NCBI GenBank assembly: GCA_031367385.1
Contig: JANLPS010000244.1
Location: 1 to 30,630, forward strand
Direction: 5' to 3'
DNA length: 30,630 nucleotides
DNA from: Archangium sp.
Lineage (GTDB): Bacteria; Myxococcota; Myxococcia; Myxococcales; Myxococcaceae
The translations under genes were made by a program, and so were the position numbers. The notes beneath the pieces are model-generated. The model was not told the origin of the DNA and searched no databases. It worked only from the letters and a program-made list of their open reading frames with translations. Below, in pieces: positions 17,090-27,239 of the stretch. Numbering within the stretch: position 1 is the stretch's first letter; each line of letters starts with the position of its first letter.

Positions 17090-17481
17090 GCAACGCTTGC
17101 ACCGACGTGAAACCCCAACTGCTCGGCTATCAGCTCGGCGCGTGCGAGCCCGGCCTGCGCGATGACATCGACCAGCACCTGCTCGGGTGCTCCACCTGCC
17201 TGCGCGACTTCTTGGCCCACAAGCGCGTCTGTGAAGACGGCTCGGCGTTCGATGAACGGCCTTCTCCACAGCTTCAACACCGGCTGCGCAGCGTGGTCGC
17301 GTCGAAGCGCCGGGTGCCGCGCAAGGCCGCCGCCGTCTGGGTGATGGCCGTCGCTGCCCTCGCCCTCGCGGTGTGGGGCGCGATGTGGGTGATGCGCTCT
17401 CCGCTCGCTCCGCTCACCGCCACGCCCGTCGGTGGGTTGGTCGACTCGCCGACCAGCCAAGCCGCTTCGAACCTCCTCTAG
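17086..17481 (+). CDS. Zinc-binding (zf-HC2/ZAS) transmembrane anti-sigma factor
   Basis: Hx3Cx2C (HLLGCSTC), one TM helix and a short C-terminal tail. ATGA overlap with the sigma gene. Confidence 0.88.
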   Translation: MSNACTDVKPQLLGYQLGACEPGLRDDIDQHLLGCSTCLRDFLAHKRVCEDGSAFDERPSPQLQHRLRSVVASKRRVPRKAAAVWVMAVAALALAVWGAMWVMRSPLAPLTATPVGGLVDSPTSQAASNLL

Positions 17482-17494
17482 TCAGAAAGAAACC

Positions 17495-18661
17495 ATGCGC
17501 ACCCACTTCATGCTCGCAGCCTCCCTCGTCATCTCTCTCGCCGCCCACGCCGGCGCGCTCAACGAAGACTTCGAGGAGTGGACCAACCGCCCCTACGAGA
17601 AGTTCGAGAACGGCGAGAAGATGTTGCAGGCCGTCAAAGCGGAGCTGCTCGAGAACTACGTCAAAGACGTCAGCGAAGAGGCGCTCTACCGGGCGGCGGT
17701 GCAGGGCATGCTGTCGGCGGTCGACCCGGCACGCCGCGACGCGAACAAGTTGATGTCACCCGCGCAGTTCGCCGAGCTCACCATCGAGATGAAGGGCGAG
17801 CTGGTCGGCATCGGCGTGCAGTTCAAGTTCGATTCACCGAGCGGTCGAGCCGACGTGACCGGGGTCATCAAGGGTTCTCCGGCCGAGAAGGCGGGGGTGC
17901 GGGTCGGCGACGCGGTGCTCACCGTCGATGGAGTCTCGTACAAGGGCAAGGGCATTCGAGATCTGGTCAACGCCATTCGCGGCAAGCCCGGCGGCAAGGT
18001 CACCGTGGCGCTGCTGCGCGACGCTGCCATCGTCACCAGCACGATCGAGCGACAGAAGATCGGCTTCGATTCGGTCGCCCACGAGCTGTTGCCGGGCGAC
18101 ATCGGCGTGCTCACCATTCACGGCTTTATCGAGTCGACGCCGCAGGCGACTCGTGACGCACTGGTGGCGATGAAGGGCGCCAAGGCGTTGATCATCGATC
18201 TGCGCGACAACGAGGGCGGCATGCTCGACCGCTCGGTCGACGTCGCCAAGCTGCTGCTGCCCAAGGGCAAGGTCATCACCCGCCTCGAGTACCGGCACGG
18301 CAAAGACGACGTACGCACCAACGACGCCGAGCCGCTGACGACCGTGCCGATGGTTGTGCTGATCAACGGCGCGACCCGTTCGAGCGCTGAGCTCACCGCC
18401 GCCGCCCTGCGCGAGGGCGTGCACGCACCGCTGATCGGCACCAAGACCTTCGGCAAGTGGAGCGTGCAGGTGCTCAAGGAGCTGCCGAACCACTACGTGA
18501 TGCGGTACACGGTCGCCTCGTTCAAGACGCCCGATGGCAAGTCGTACGAGGGTGAAGGCATCGCCCCTGACATCGAGGTCGAGCGCGACGCGGCGGCCAA
18601 GGCGCCTGATACCCAGCTGCGCACCGCCCTGAACTTCTTGCAAATGCGCCCGGCCCGCTGA
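17495..18661 (+). CDS. S41 family C-terminal processing peptidase with PDZ domain (CtpA/Prc-like)
   Basis: Signal peptide, GIG PDZ motif, GSPAEKAGV..GD, DLRDNEGG, TRSSAE (Ser), TFGK (Lys), GIAPDIEV. Confidence 0.93.
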   Translation: MRTHFMLAASLVISLAAHAGALNEDFEEWTNRPYEKFENGEKMLQAVKAELLENYVKDVSEEALYRAAVQGMLSAVDPARRDANKLMSPAQFAELTIEMKGELVGIGVQFKFDSPSGRADVTGVIKGSPAEKAGVRVGDAVLTVDGVSYKGKGIRDLVNAIRGKPGGKVTVALLRDAAIVTSTIERQKIGFDSVAHELLPGDIGVLTIHGFIESTPQATRDALVAMKGAKALIIDLRDNEGGMLDRSVDVAKLLLPKGKVITRLEYRHGKDDVRTNDAEPLTTVPMVVLINGATRSSAELTAAALREGVHAPLIGTKTFGKWSVQVLKELPNHYVMRYTVASFKTPDGKSYEGEGIAPDIEVERDAAAKAPDTQLRTALNFLQMRPAR

Positions 18662-18668
18662 AGCGAGC

Positions 18669-19232
18669 TCACTTCTCGCTCGGTGCTTTGGTTATCAATT
18701 CGTCGAGGCGCTCGCCGACAGCAGTGACGAAACCCCACATCGCTCGCTTGGCACCCGCGCTGGCCGAGGGGTTGGTACAGCGCAGCTTGAGAAACTGACC
18801 CCGGTACCCCGTGAGAAACGCCATACTCTCGAGCTGACCATCGCGAAGTGTGAAGGTCGCGACCCTGGCTTCGAGGGCGGGTTTGAGGGTTTTCGCGCCC
18901 AGCCACGGGTCACTCTTGTCGTCGATCGCCGCGAGCACTTGGGGGAACTCCGCCTCGACCGCCGCGGTCGTGCCAGTGCCAATGTCAGCGCGGCCGCCGT
19001 CGTACACGAAGAGCGTGCAGACCAGCCCTTCTTCCTCGAAAGCGTAAGCGACCGACACGCCGCACCCACCACCGGCAGCTCGCGGCTCGCCATTCGAGTT
19101 GAGCGCTCCGAGGTGTTTCGGAAATTGTTTCGGAACCCAGCGTTCGGTCTGGCTCGCCTGGCTGCATTCGGCCGCGCTGGCTCCAGACGCGAACAAGCAC
19201 ATGAAGAGAGCAATGCAGTGGGTACGCGCCAT
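18669..19232 (-). CDS. Hypothetical secreted protein
   Basis: Signal peptide MARTHCIALFMCLFASGASA, coding-like composition, TACGGT 8 nt before ATG. Confidence 0.65.
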   Translation of the reverse strand: MARTHCIALFMCLFASGASAAECSQASQTERWVPKQFPKHLGALNSNGEPRAAGGGCGVSVAYAFEEEGLVCTLFVYDGGRADIGTGTTAAVEAEFPQVLAAIDDKSDPWLGAKTLKPALEARVATFTLRDGQLESMAFLTGYRGQFLKLRCTNPSASAGAKRAMWGFVTAVGERLDELITKAPSEK

Positions 19233-19305
19233 TTCGCCGCACCGTACTCCCGGCCTGGCCCAGAATGCGACAAGGCCACCCACCGCGACGTACACTGGGC
19301 GGGCC

Positions 19306-20010
19306 ATGGCATCGTCTCGCAAGGTCAGCCGCGTTCAGGAGATCATCACCAGGGCCGGTCTCATCGACGACATGCAGGTGCGCAGCGCCAACGCGCACCT
19401 CGACAAGTGGGGCGGCGCCTTCGCGAACGTGGTGGTGCAGCTGGGCTTCGTCGATGAAGAGAAGGTCACCGAGGTCATCGGCAGCGCGCTGAAGATGCAG
19501 GTGATGCACCTGGGCACCGTGCCCAAAGACTCCAACGCCCTCTCGAGGCTCGACGCTGCGTTCTGCGAAGAGCACCTCGTCTTTCCCATCTCGCTGCGTG
19601 ACCGGGTGCTGGCGCTCGCGATGCTCGACCCGACCCAGCTGCAGGTCATCGACGCGGTGCAGGCCAAGTACGGCGCCCGGGTGCAACCGCATCTGGCGAG
19701 CGGGTCTGAGATTCTGGCGGCGATCTCCAAGCACTACAAAAACATCGAGCTGCCGCCCAAAGAGAATCGAGCTCGCAAGGCGGTGTCGATGCCGATGGCG
19801 CCGAGCCCCTCGGGCGTCACCGGCCGCATCGCCGCGCTCAAACCCTCGTCAGCCCACTCGATGCTCAACGACATCTTGGGTGATGACACGGCTGACTTTG
19901 GCGAAGCCGAGCTGACCCGGCTGCGCACGGCGGTGCAGACCCAAGAGAAAGCCGGCCAGATTCTCGCGGCCCTGCGGGCGTTGCTCAATGAGAAGGGCAC
20001 GCTGCGGTAA
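19306..20010 (+). CDS. Stand-alone MshEN / GspE N-terminal domain protein
   Basis: R..EII.RAGLID..Q..SA......WGG.....VV.LGFVDE, then CEEHLVFPI...LALAM.DP. No ATPase domain. Confidence 0.85.
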   Translation: MASSRKVSRVQEIITRAGLIDDMQVRSANAHLDKWGGAFANVVVQLGFVDEEKVTEVIGSALKMQVMHLGTVPKDSNALSRLDAAFCEEHLVFPISLRDRVLALAMLDPTQLQVIDAVQAKYGARVQPHLASGSEILAAISKHYKNIELPPKENRARKAVSMPMAPSPSGVTGRIAALKPSSAHSMLNDILGDDTADFGEAELTRLRTAVQTQEKAGQILAALRALLNEKGTLR

Positions 20011-20103
20011 GGGCGCTGCAACCACCGGTCGTGATGTCGTTGATGGGCTCGAGTCACGGCGCAGGAGCCACCTTCATTCGGTTGACCCGCGAAAGTCGGC
20101 TAC

Positions 20104-20442
20104 GACTTGGCACCAATCGCCCAAAACGGGCGAAACCCACCGAAAACAGCAAAGTGCCATGTCAAATTCGGAGTCTTTCCCCGTCGCCCCATGGCCTTCA
20201 CTGCAAAATCGCGACTTGAGTCGTCCTCCGACATGGCAGTCGACTCGAAATTGCGACTTCAGCGCCCCCGCGAAATGGCAGTCGCTTCCGAATCGCGGGT
20301 TGAGCCCCCCCAAGACAGGGCTTGCCATCGCCTGGCCCCGCTCTTGGCCCCACGCGACATGGCTTGCCATCTCCCGGCCCAAGAGAAGCGCTCACGAATC
20401 ATGGGCTTGCATTCGCGCGCAGGGCGACTGCGAGACTTCGAG
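20104..20442. repeat. Degenerate tandem array with 42-bp period
   Basis: ATGGC-like anchors at 20191, 20233, 20275, 20317, 20359 and 20401, plus an in-phase copy at 20107. It fills most of a convergent intergenic gap. Confidence 0.85.
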
Positions 20443-21330
20443 TCAGTCGCGGGTGAAGAAGTAGACCGACACGCCTGCCAACGCCGCGGCGACGATGCCG
20501 CTGGTGAGCGCGACCGTCAGCTTGGCGTTCGCGCTGGTGGCCAACCCGGTCGCCTGCTGCTGCGTGAGCGAAGAGCCGTACTCGCCGTTGCCCAGCGCGA
20601 TGCGCTTCGAATCAAAGGTCGCTTTGTCGGCGAAGCCTAAGCCCGCGAAGGTGCCCGAGACGCCAGCGGTGACGACCGCCGCTCCCGCGAAGACCCACGG
20701 CACGACCTTGACCGGCTTGCCCTGGGGCTTCACCGCGACCAGCGGAGGCTCGGTCACCTTGCTCGGGGCCGGGGTGAGGCTCGTGTTGCGCGGCACGTCG
20801 CTGCCAGTGGCGACGACGGGCGCGACCTCGGGCGTCGGCTCGACCCCTGCGCTGTGTTTCTTGATCACCAACTTCTCTTTGAGCGCGCTCACGAATTGAG
20901 CAATCGGCTGCCCCGACTTCTCGGCCCACTTGTCAGCCGGAGCGAGGAAGTCGACCGTCGCCAGCGGGTCTTCGACGTCAGCCGCCATCGCCTCAATGTG
21001 AATCGCCAGCGACTTGGAGACCTTGCCCACGTCGACGCCGATGACCACCGCCTTCGCGCCCAGCAGCACGGCGAGCTTGGCCACGCAGCTGGTACCGCCG
21101 GCGCAGCTCTTGGGGTCGCTGAACCCCGCCAGCTTGAGCTCGCGAGTGGCCGCGCTGTCGTCGAGCAGGGGCCCGATGCCCTCTTTGCGCAGCGCCTCGA
21201 GCACCTTGGTGGCGAGCTTGGGTGAAAACGCCTCGGCGTTGGGCCGCTTGCTCGAGATGACCACCGCGACGGGGCTCCGAGTCTCGGGGCCCTGAGCCAT
21301 CACCGTGAGCGCGACCAGAAAAACCAGCAT
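20443..21330 (-). CDS. Hypothetical exported/membrane protein
   Basis: Signal peptide, C....SC..KLA.LLGA alpha/beta domain, Pro-rich linker and two C-terminal hydrophobic helices. Confidence 0.85.
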   Translation of the reverse strand: MLVFLVALTVMAQGPETRSPVAVVISSKRPNAEAFSPKLATKVLEALRKEGIGPLLDDSAATRELKLAGFSDPKSCAGGTSCVAKLAVLLGAKAVVIGVDVGKVSKSLAIHIEAMAADVEDPLATVDFLAPADKWAEKSGQPIAQFVSALKEKLVIKKHSAGVEPTPEVAPVVATGSDVPRNTSLTPAPSKVTEPPLVAVKPQGKPVKVVPWVFAGAAVVTAGVSGTFAGLGFADKATFDSKRIALGNGEYGSSLTQQQATGLATSANAKLTVALTSGIVAAALAGVSVYFFTRD

Positions 21331-21380
21331 CGAGCCTTCACCCTAGATCAGAAACCCGTGTGCGCCGATGTGCGCAGCAC

Positions 21381-22943
<1,563 letters not shown>

Positions 22944-23008
22944 GCGACGGGTCGTAGCGCGGGCCTCCCAAAGACAGAATGGTTTTTTCTGCAGTAGGAA
23001 GCTGCACC

Positions 23009-23986
23009 ATGAAACGTGCTTACCCGGTAGTCGCGGTGATGCTGCTGTCGTCGGTGGTGCAGGCGCAGGCGTTTCGGCGCACCCAGACCAATATCGATAG
23101 CGGCGAATGCCTCTACTGGCCGTCGCGCACGTTCACCTATTTCGTCGACGCGGCGGGTGACGATGAGATCGCCGGCGACGCCGAGTTCGCCGCCATCGAC
23201 AAGGCCTTCGCCGCTTGGCAGGCCAGCTCGAATGCCTGCAGCGATGTGAAGTTCGTCAATGGAGGCCGGGTCGACCACGCCAAGATCGAGTACTCGGCGA
23301 CCGGGCCGAACCAGAACGTGATCGTCTTTCGCGCCAAGAAGTGCACCGACTTCGTGGCTGCGTCAGATGCGTGTTGGCTTAGCAACTCGTGCGGCAATGC
23401 CTACTCGTGTTGGGCCCACGCAGCCGGGTCGTTCGCGGTGCCAACGCTGACCTTTCTCGAGCGAACCGGAGAGCTGCTCGACGCCGACCTCGAGCTGAAC
23501 CTGGCGAGCTTCGTGTTCACGACGGTCGACTCGCCGGTCTGCGTGGCACCGAATTTTGCGCAGAGCTGCGTGGCGACCGATGTGCAGAACGCGGTGACTC
23601 CGGCGATTGGCCGGTGGCTCGGGCTCGCGTCGGTCTCGCGCGCTGATTCGACGCTGTACCCCGCCAGCAGCCCCGGAGACCTCACCAAGCGCGTCATCGA
23701 CCCCGGCACGGCGAGCGGGTTGTGCGCGATCTACCCGGCTGGGCAATTGGCCACGACCTGCGACGGGGGCATCGTCACGCCCCGGGCGGTCATCGACGCA
23801 GGCGTTGACGGGGGTGCGCTCGGGAGCGGTGACGCGGGCACGGTGTCGGCAGATGGCGGCAGCGGCGCGAGCTCGCCGGTGCCGGTACCGTGTGCCTGTT
23901 CTTCGAGTGGTTTGGGCAGCCTCGGGGCGCTCTTCGCTGCGATGTGCGTGCTGCGCCGCCTCACCGTTCGGCGACTGCAAGACTGA
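23009..23986 (+). CDS. Myxosortase-dependent M10/matrixin-like metalloprotease homolog lacking the zinc motif; MYXO-CTERM tail
   Basis: Signal peptide, [28 protein letters not shown] and C-terminal CACSS + TM + Arg. HExxHxxGxxH is replaced by [11 protein letters not shown]. Confidence 0.85.
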   Translation: MKRAYPVVAVMLLSSVVQAQAFRRTQTNIDSGECLYWPSRTFTYFVDAAGDDEIAGDAEFAAIDKAFAAWQASSNACSDVKFVNGGRVDHAKIEYSATGPNQNVIVFRAKKCTDFVAASDACWLSNSCGNAYSCWAHAAGSFAVPTLTFLERTGELLDADLELNLASFVFTTVDSPVCVAPNFAQSCVATDVQNAVTPAIGRWLGLASVSRADSTLYPASSPGDLTKRVIDPGTASGLCAIYPAGQLATTCDGGIVTPRAVIDAGVDGGALGSGDAGTVSADGGSGASSPVPVPCACSSSGLGSLGALFAAMCVLRRLTVRRLQD

Positions 23987-24036
23987 CATTCACCGACAGC
24001 GAGAAGACAGGCGCTGGCTGGTAGGGTTTTCGAATA

Positions 24037-24444
24037 ATGGCGATTGGTGACGGGCTGCGGGCGTTGGTGTTGGACGACGACGAGTCGATTCGAACGTTGA
24101 TCGTGAAGATGATGACCGCGCACGGCTTCGAGACCACCTTCGCCTCTGACGGCCTCGAAGGGTTGATGCAGCTCGAGACCTCGCGCCCCGACATCATCAT
24201 CTGCGACTCGATGATGCCGAACCTCGATGGCATTTCGTTTCTCAAAGCCATCAAGCAGCGCGCCGCGACCACGCACATTCCCGTGATTTTCGTGACGGCC
24301 AAGACCGACGTCAACACGGTGAGCGAGACGATGCGCGCCGGGGCGTCGTTCTATCTGTCGAAGCCGTTCAAGCGAGACGAGCTGGTCAGCCGAATCAAAG
24401 AGGGCCTGGCTGCCGTCCACATCGCAGTGACGTCGGCCGTGTAA
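24037..24444 (+). CDS. Single-domain response regulator (CheY-like receiver)
   Basis: LVLDDD, PDIIICDSMMPNLDG, FVTA, YLSKPF. Confidence 0.95.
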   Translation: MAIGDGLRALVLDDDESIRTLIVKMMTAHGFETTFASDGLEGLMQLETSRPDIIICDSMMPNLDGISFLKAIKQRAATTHIPVIFVTAKTDVNTVSETMRAGASFYLSKPFKRDELVSRIKEGLAAVHIAVTSAV

Positions 24445-24447
24445 CGG

Positions 24448-26550
24448 CTATTTGAGCTCTCTGGCCACCGCGTCGAGCACCAGCTTCGGAAACTGCCTGG
24501 TCTTCAACGCCTGAAGCCCATTCGCCAGCGAAGGCCCGGTCGGCTTCGACGAGCCCGCCGCGGCCGAGAGCACCAGCGCCGTCATCAACGCCAGCATCGC
24601 CAGATCGCTCGGAGGCCCCTTGCTCACCTCGAGCGCCCGCCCGACCAGCTCGTGCACCGAGCGCCACCCGCTGCCTGCGACCGGCGCGACGCTCTCTGCT
24701 CGCACGGGCTCCCAGGGCTGCTTGCCGGCGGTCACGTTCACCACGCCGATGGCGGCCGCGCCGAAGCGCACCTTGCCGACGTCGCTCTCACTCGCGCCCA
24801 ACCTCCGCGTCAGCCCCCCGGCGAGCGCCACCAGGTTCGAGACCTGCTTGCCCTTCTCGCCCAACAGCCCCAACACCGCTTCGAACAAGGTCGCCTGGGG
24901 GTCATCGAGCGTGGCGTTCGACTTCGAAGGGCTGGCGAGGGTGCCGCGCAACTCCAGCTCCATCGCCTCGCTGCCTGGGCCCGGCTCGAGCTCGAGGCCC
25001 GGCCCCGCGTCTGCAAACGCCCGCGGAGCGCTCGCCAGAGGGGCCCCCGACGCGGTCTCGAGCCACGACGAGGGGTCTTCGACATCGACTCCGCGGTAGA
25101 GCGCACCGATGGCCCGCGCCAACGCCGCCGGCCCGGCCCGCACCGCCAGAATCGACCCCGCCTTGGTCAACCGCCGCAGGTTCTCGACCAGCTCGGGCTG
25201 CAGGGGGTCACGCACCGCGATCACCAGCTGATCAGCCGCTTTGAGCCACAGCGGCACCGCGTTGAGCGCCTCGGCGTCTTCGGCTGTGAGCCGGCCCAAG
25301 ACCTCGGGCGGCGGCTTCGTTTCAAGCAGCCGCTTGCTCGGTATCGCTGGCGTCTTGGTCAGCTCGGCCTCGGCGGCGATGACCAGATCTTCGTCGCACA
25401 ACCCCATCGAGATCAACGCATCATCGACCGTGCCCTGCACCGACTCCGCGTGGGCCATCGCCTCTTGCAGCTGATCGGCGGTCAGCTTCTGCCGAGCGAT
25501 CAACGCTTCGGCGACCTTGGTCTCTCTCCACGGGGGCGTCGGAGGCACCCGGGCCGCGGCCTCTTTTTCAGCCCGCTCTTTCTCTGCCGCCAGCGTCTCG
25601 GCGGTCACTTTTCTGGTCGAGATGCGGGCCAGCGTGGCACCCGGAGGCGTCGGCGTCAGCTGCGGCTCTCTCGACGCGGCGGGCTTGAGCTGCAGCTCGG
25701 TGCCTCCGGTGGGCGGTATCGCGGTCTGCGAGACCCGGTCGGGCATCAGCCTGGCGAGAAATCGAACCAGATCATTCGAGTCGACCGACCAGCCCGACTG
25801 CTCGGCGGCGACTTGCAGCGCGTTCTCGACATCACGCGCTTGCGGGCGCTGCGTTGGGTCTTTCGCGAGCATCCACGACAAGGCAGTGGCGAGCTTCTCG
25901 GGTACACCGGGCCAGCTCGAGCCGGGCGAGGCGCGGCCGGTGACCAGCTCGAGCAGCACCAACCCCAACCGGTACACGTCAGACGACGCGAAGTACCTGC
26001 CGCCCTGCTGCTCCGGGGCCATCGCGTGCGCTTCGCACCGGGCCGGGCCGGTCTGCGGTGTCAGGCCCGCGGCGGTGGCGATACCGAAGTCGGTGAACAA
26101 CACCCGCCCGTCGGGAGTCAGGTGAATGGTGCTCGCGCACAGATCGCCGTGATGCAGGTCGAGTGACTGATCATGAATGGTCGCCAGCGCCGACGCGACA
26201 CGAATGCCAATCGCGACCACCTCGTTGGTCTGCGGCCGAAGCTGCTTGGCTGAAAGCGCGCTCAACATCGTGCGAATCGATTCACCGTCGACCAACGACT
26301 GCGTCACCCAGGTCGAGTCAGCGCCAGTGCCGTATTCGACGAGCGGCGTGACGACCTCTGGCGAGAGCGCGCGCCAGTGCTCGGCGAGCATCGAGAACCG
26401 GTCGATGAACCCCGCGTCTTGCGCCCACGGAGCGACCAGGCGACGCAACCACACCGGGTGTTCGGCTCCCTGCGAATGCCGGACGACGCCAGCGTACGAT
26501 TCGAAGAGCGTACCGACTCCGAGCTTTCGGGTGACCCGGTACGTGCTCAC
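24448..26550 (-). CDS. Protein kinase-like (probable pseudokinase) + MshEN/GspE-N domain protein
   Basis: Kinase fold with HGDL, DFG, APE and SDVY.LG but no VAIK Lys. MshEN-like segment followed by VPL...LVIAV.DP. Helical C-terminus. Confidence 0.85.
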   Translation of the reverse strand: MSTYRVTRKLGVGTLFESYAGVVRHSQGAEHPVWLRRLVAPWAQDAGFIDRFSMLAEHWRALSPEVVTPLVEYGTGADSTWVTQSLVDGESIRTMLSALSAKQLRPQTNEVVAIGIRVASALATIHDQSLDLHHGDLCASTIHLTPDGRVLFTDFGIATAAGLTPQTGPARCEAHAMAPEQQGGRYFASSDVYRLGLVLLELVTGRASPGSSWPGVPEKLATALSWMLAKDPTQRPQARDVENALQVAAEQSGWSVDSNDLVRFLARLMPDRVSQTAIPPTGGTELQLKPAASREPQLTPTPPGATLARISTRKVTAETLAAEKERAEKEAAARVPPTPPWRETKVAEALIARQKLTADQLQEAMAHAESVQGTVDDALISMGLCDEDLVIAAEAELTKTPAIPSKRLLETKPPPEVLGRLTAEDAEALNAVPLWLKAADQLVIAVRDPLQPELVENLRRLTKAGSILAVRAGPAALARAIGALYRGVDVEDPSSWLETASGAPLASAPRAFADAGPGLELEPGPGSEAMELELRGTLASPSKSNATLDDPQATLFEAVLGLLGEKGKQVSNLVALAGGLTRRLGASESDVGKVRFGAAAIGVVNVTAGKQPWEPVRAESVAPVAGSGWRSVHELVGRALEVSKGPPSDLAMLALMTALVLSAAAGSSKPTGPSLANGLQALKTRQFPKLVLDAVARELK

Positions 26551-26618
26551 GCGTAAGAAGAGTGTACGGATTGTGCGCGTCGTCTGTCATGCTCGAATTT
26601 CAACGAAACGGAGCGCGC

Positions 26619-27239
26619 ATGGGTTCGAAGAACTGGCTGACGTGCGTTTGTGTGGCCGTGCTTGCGGCGTGCGGCCCAGCTGAAATTCGCATCGACGAGG
26701 CGCGCGGAGTACCCCCCGTCAAGGGGAGCACCACCATCGCGCTCGGCACCTTCACCTGCGGGCAGCCGATCAGCGCAGGCAGCGACACCGTCTCGACCCG
26801 CGTGGTCACGGGCGGGTGTGAGCTTTCATACGACCGCGACGTACCTCTGCTGACGGCGAACGACTACGCCTCGATACCCGAGCTCAAGGGCGTGGCGAAC
26901 CTGGTGCAGCGGGTCGAGCTGAAGGTTTCGAAGCTCGCCTTCACCGACGGAGACTCGGGCGCGGGCATCGACCCCTCGACCCGCATCACCAGCGTCTCGA
27001 TGGCGGTCAACGGGCAGCTCGTCGCCGATAAGAGCGCGTTGAGCTCACTGCCGCGGGTGATTTCATTGCAGGGCGACGCGCTGACTCCGCTGAAAACCGC
27101 CGTCGACGCGCGCAAGCCGGTCTCGGTGCGGGTGCGCGTGGTGGTGGTGGTGCCCGACAGCCCGGCGCCTCCCCCGAAGCTCAAGGTCGACTACGACGCG
27201 CAGCCCGCCCTCATCGTCGGCCCGGGGAAGATTTTTTGA
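26619..27239 (+). CDS. Hypothetical lipoprotein
   Basis: GGAG RBS, VLAAC lipobox and beta-rich body. The stop overlaps the next start (TTGA). Confidence 0.8.
   Translation: MGSKNWLTCVCVAVLAACGPAEIRIDEARGVPPVKGSTTIALGTFTCGQPISAGSDTVSTRVVTGGCELSYDRDVPLLTANDYASIPELKGVANLVQRVELKVSKLAFTDGDSGAGIDPSTRITSVSMAVNGQLVADKSALSSLPRVISLQGDALTPLKTAVDARKPVSVRVRVVVVVPDSPAPPPKLKVDYDAQPALIVGPGKIF

Noticed and set aside
20104..20442. 42-bp array as a CRISPR or TIGR array
   Set aside because: The conserved block is under 10 bp and degenerate, adjacent spacers resemble each other, no box C/D-like motifs were seen, and no cas or tas genes are in the window.
19988..20640. ORFs 19988..20464+, 20107..20640+ and 20074..20382- as genes
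   Set aside because: They are mutually overlapping, have atypical codon usage and overlap flanking genes. Openness is explained by the repeat period being a multiple of 3. Kept only as one hypothesis in the array finding.
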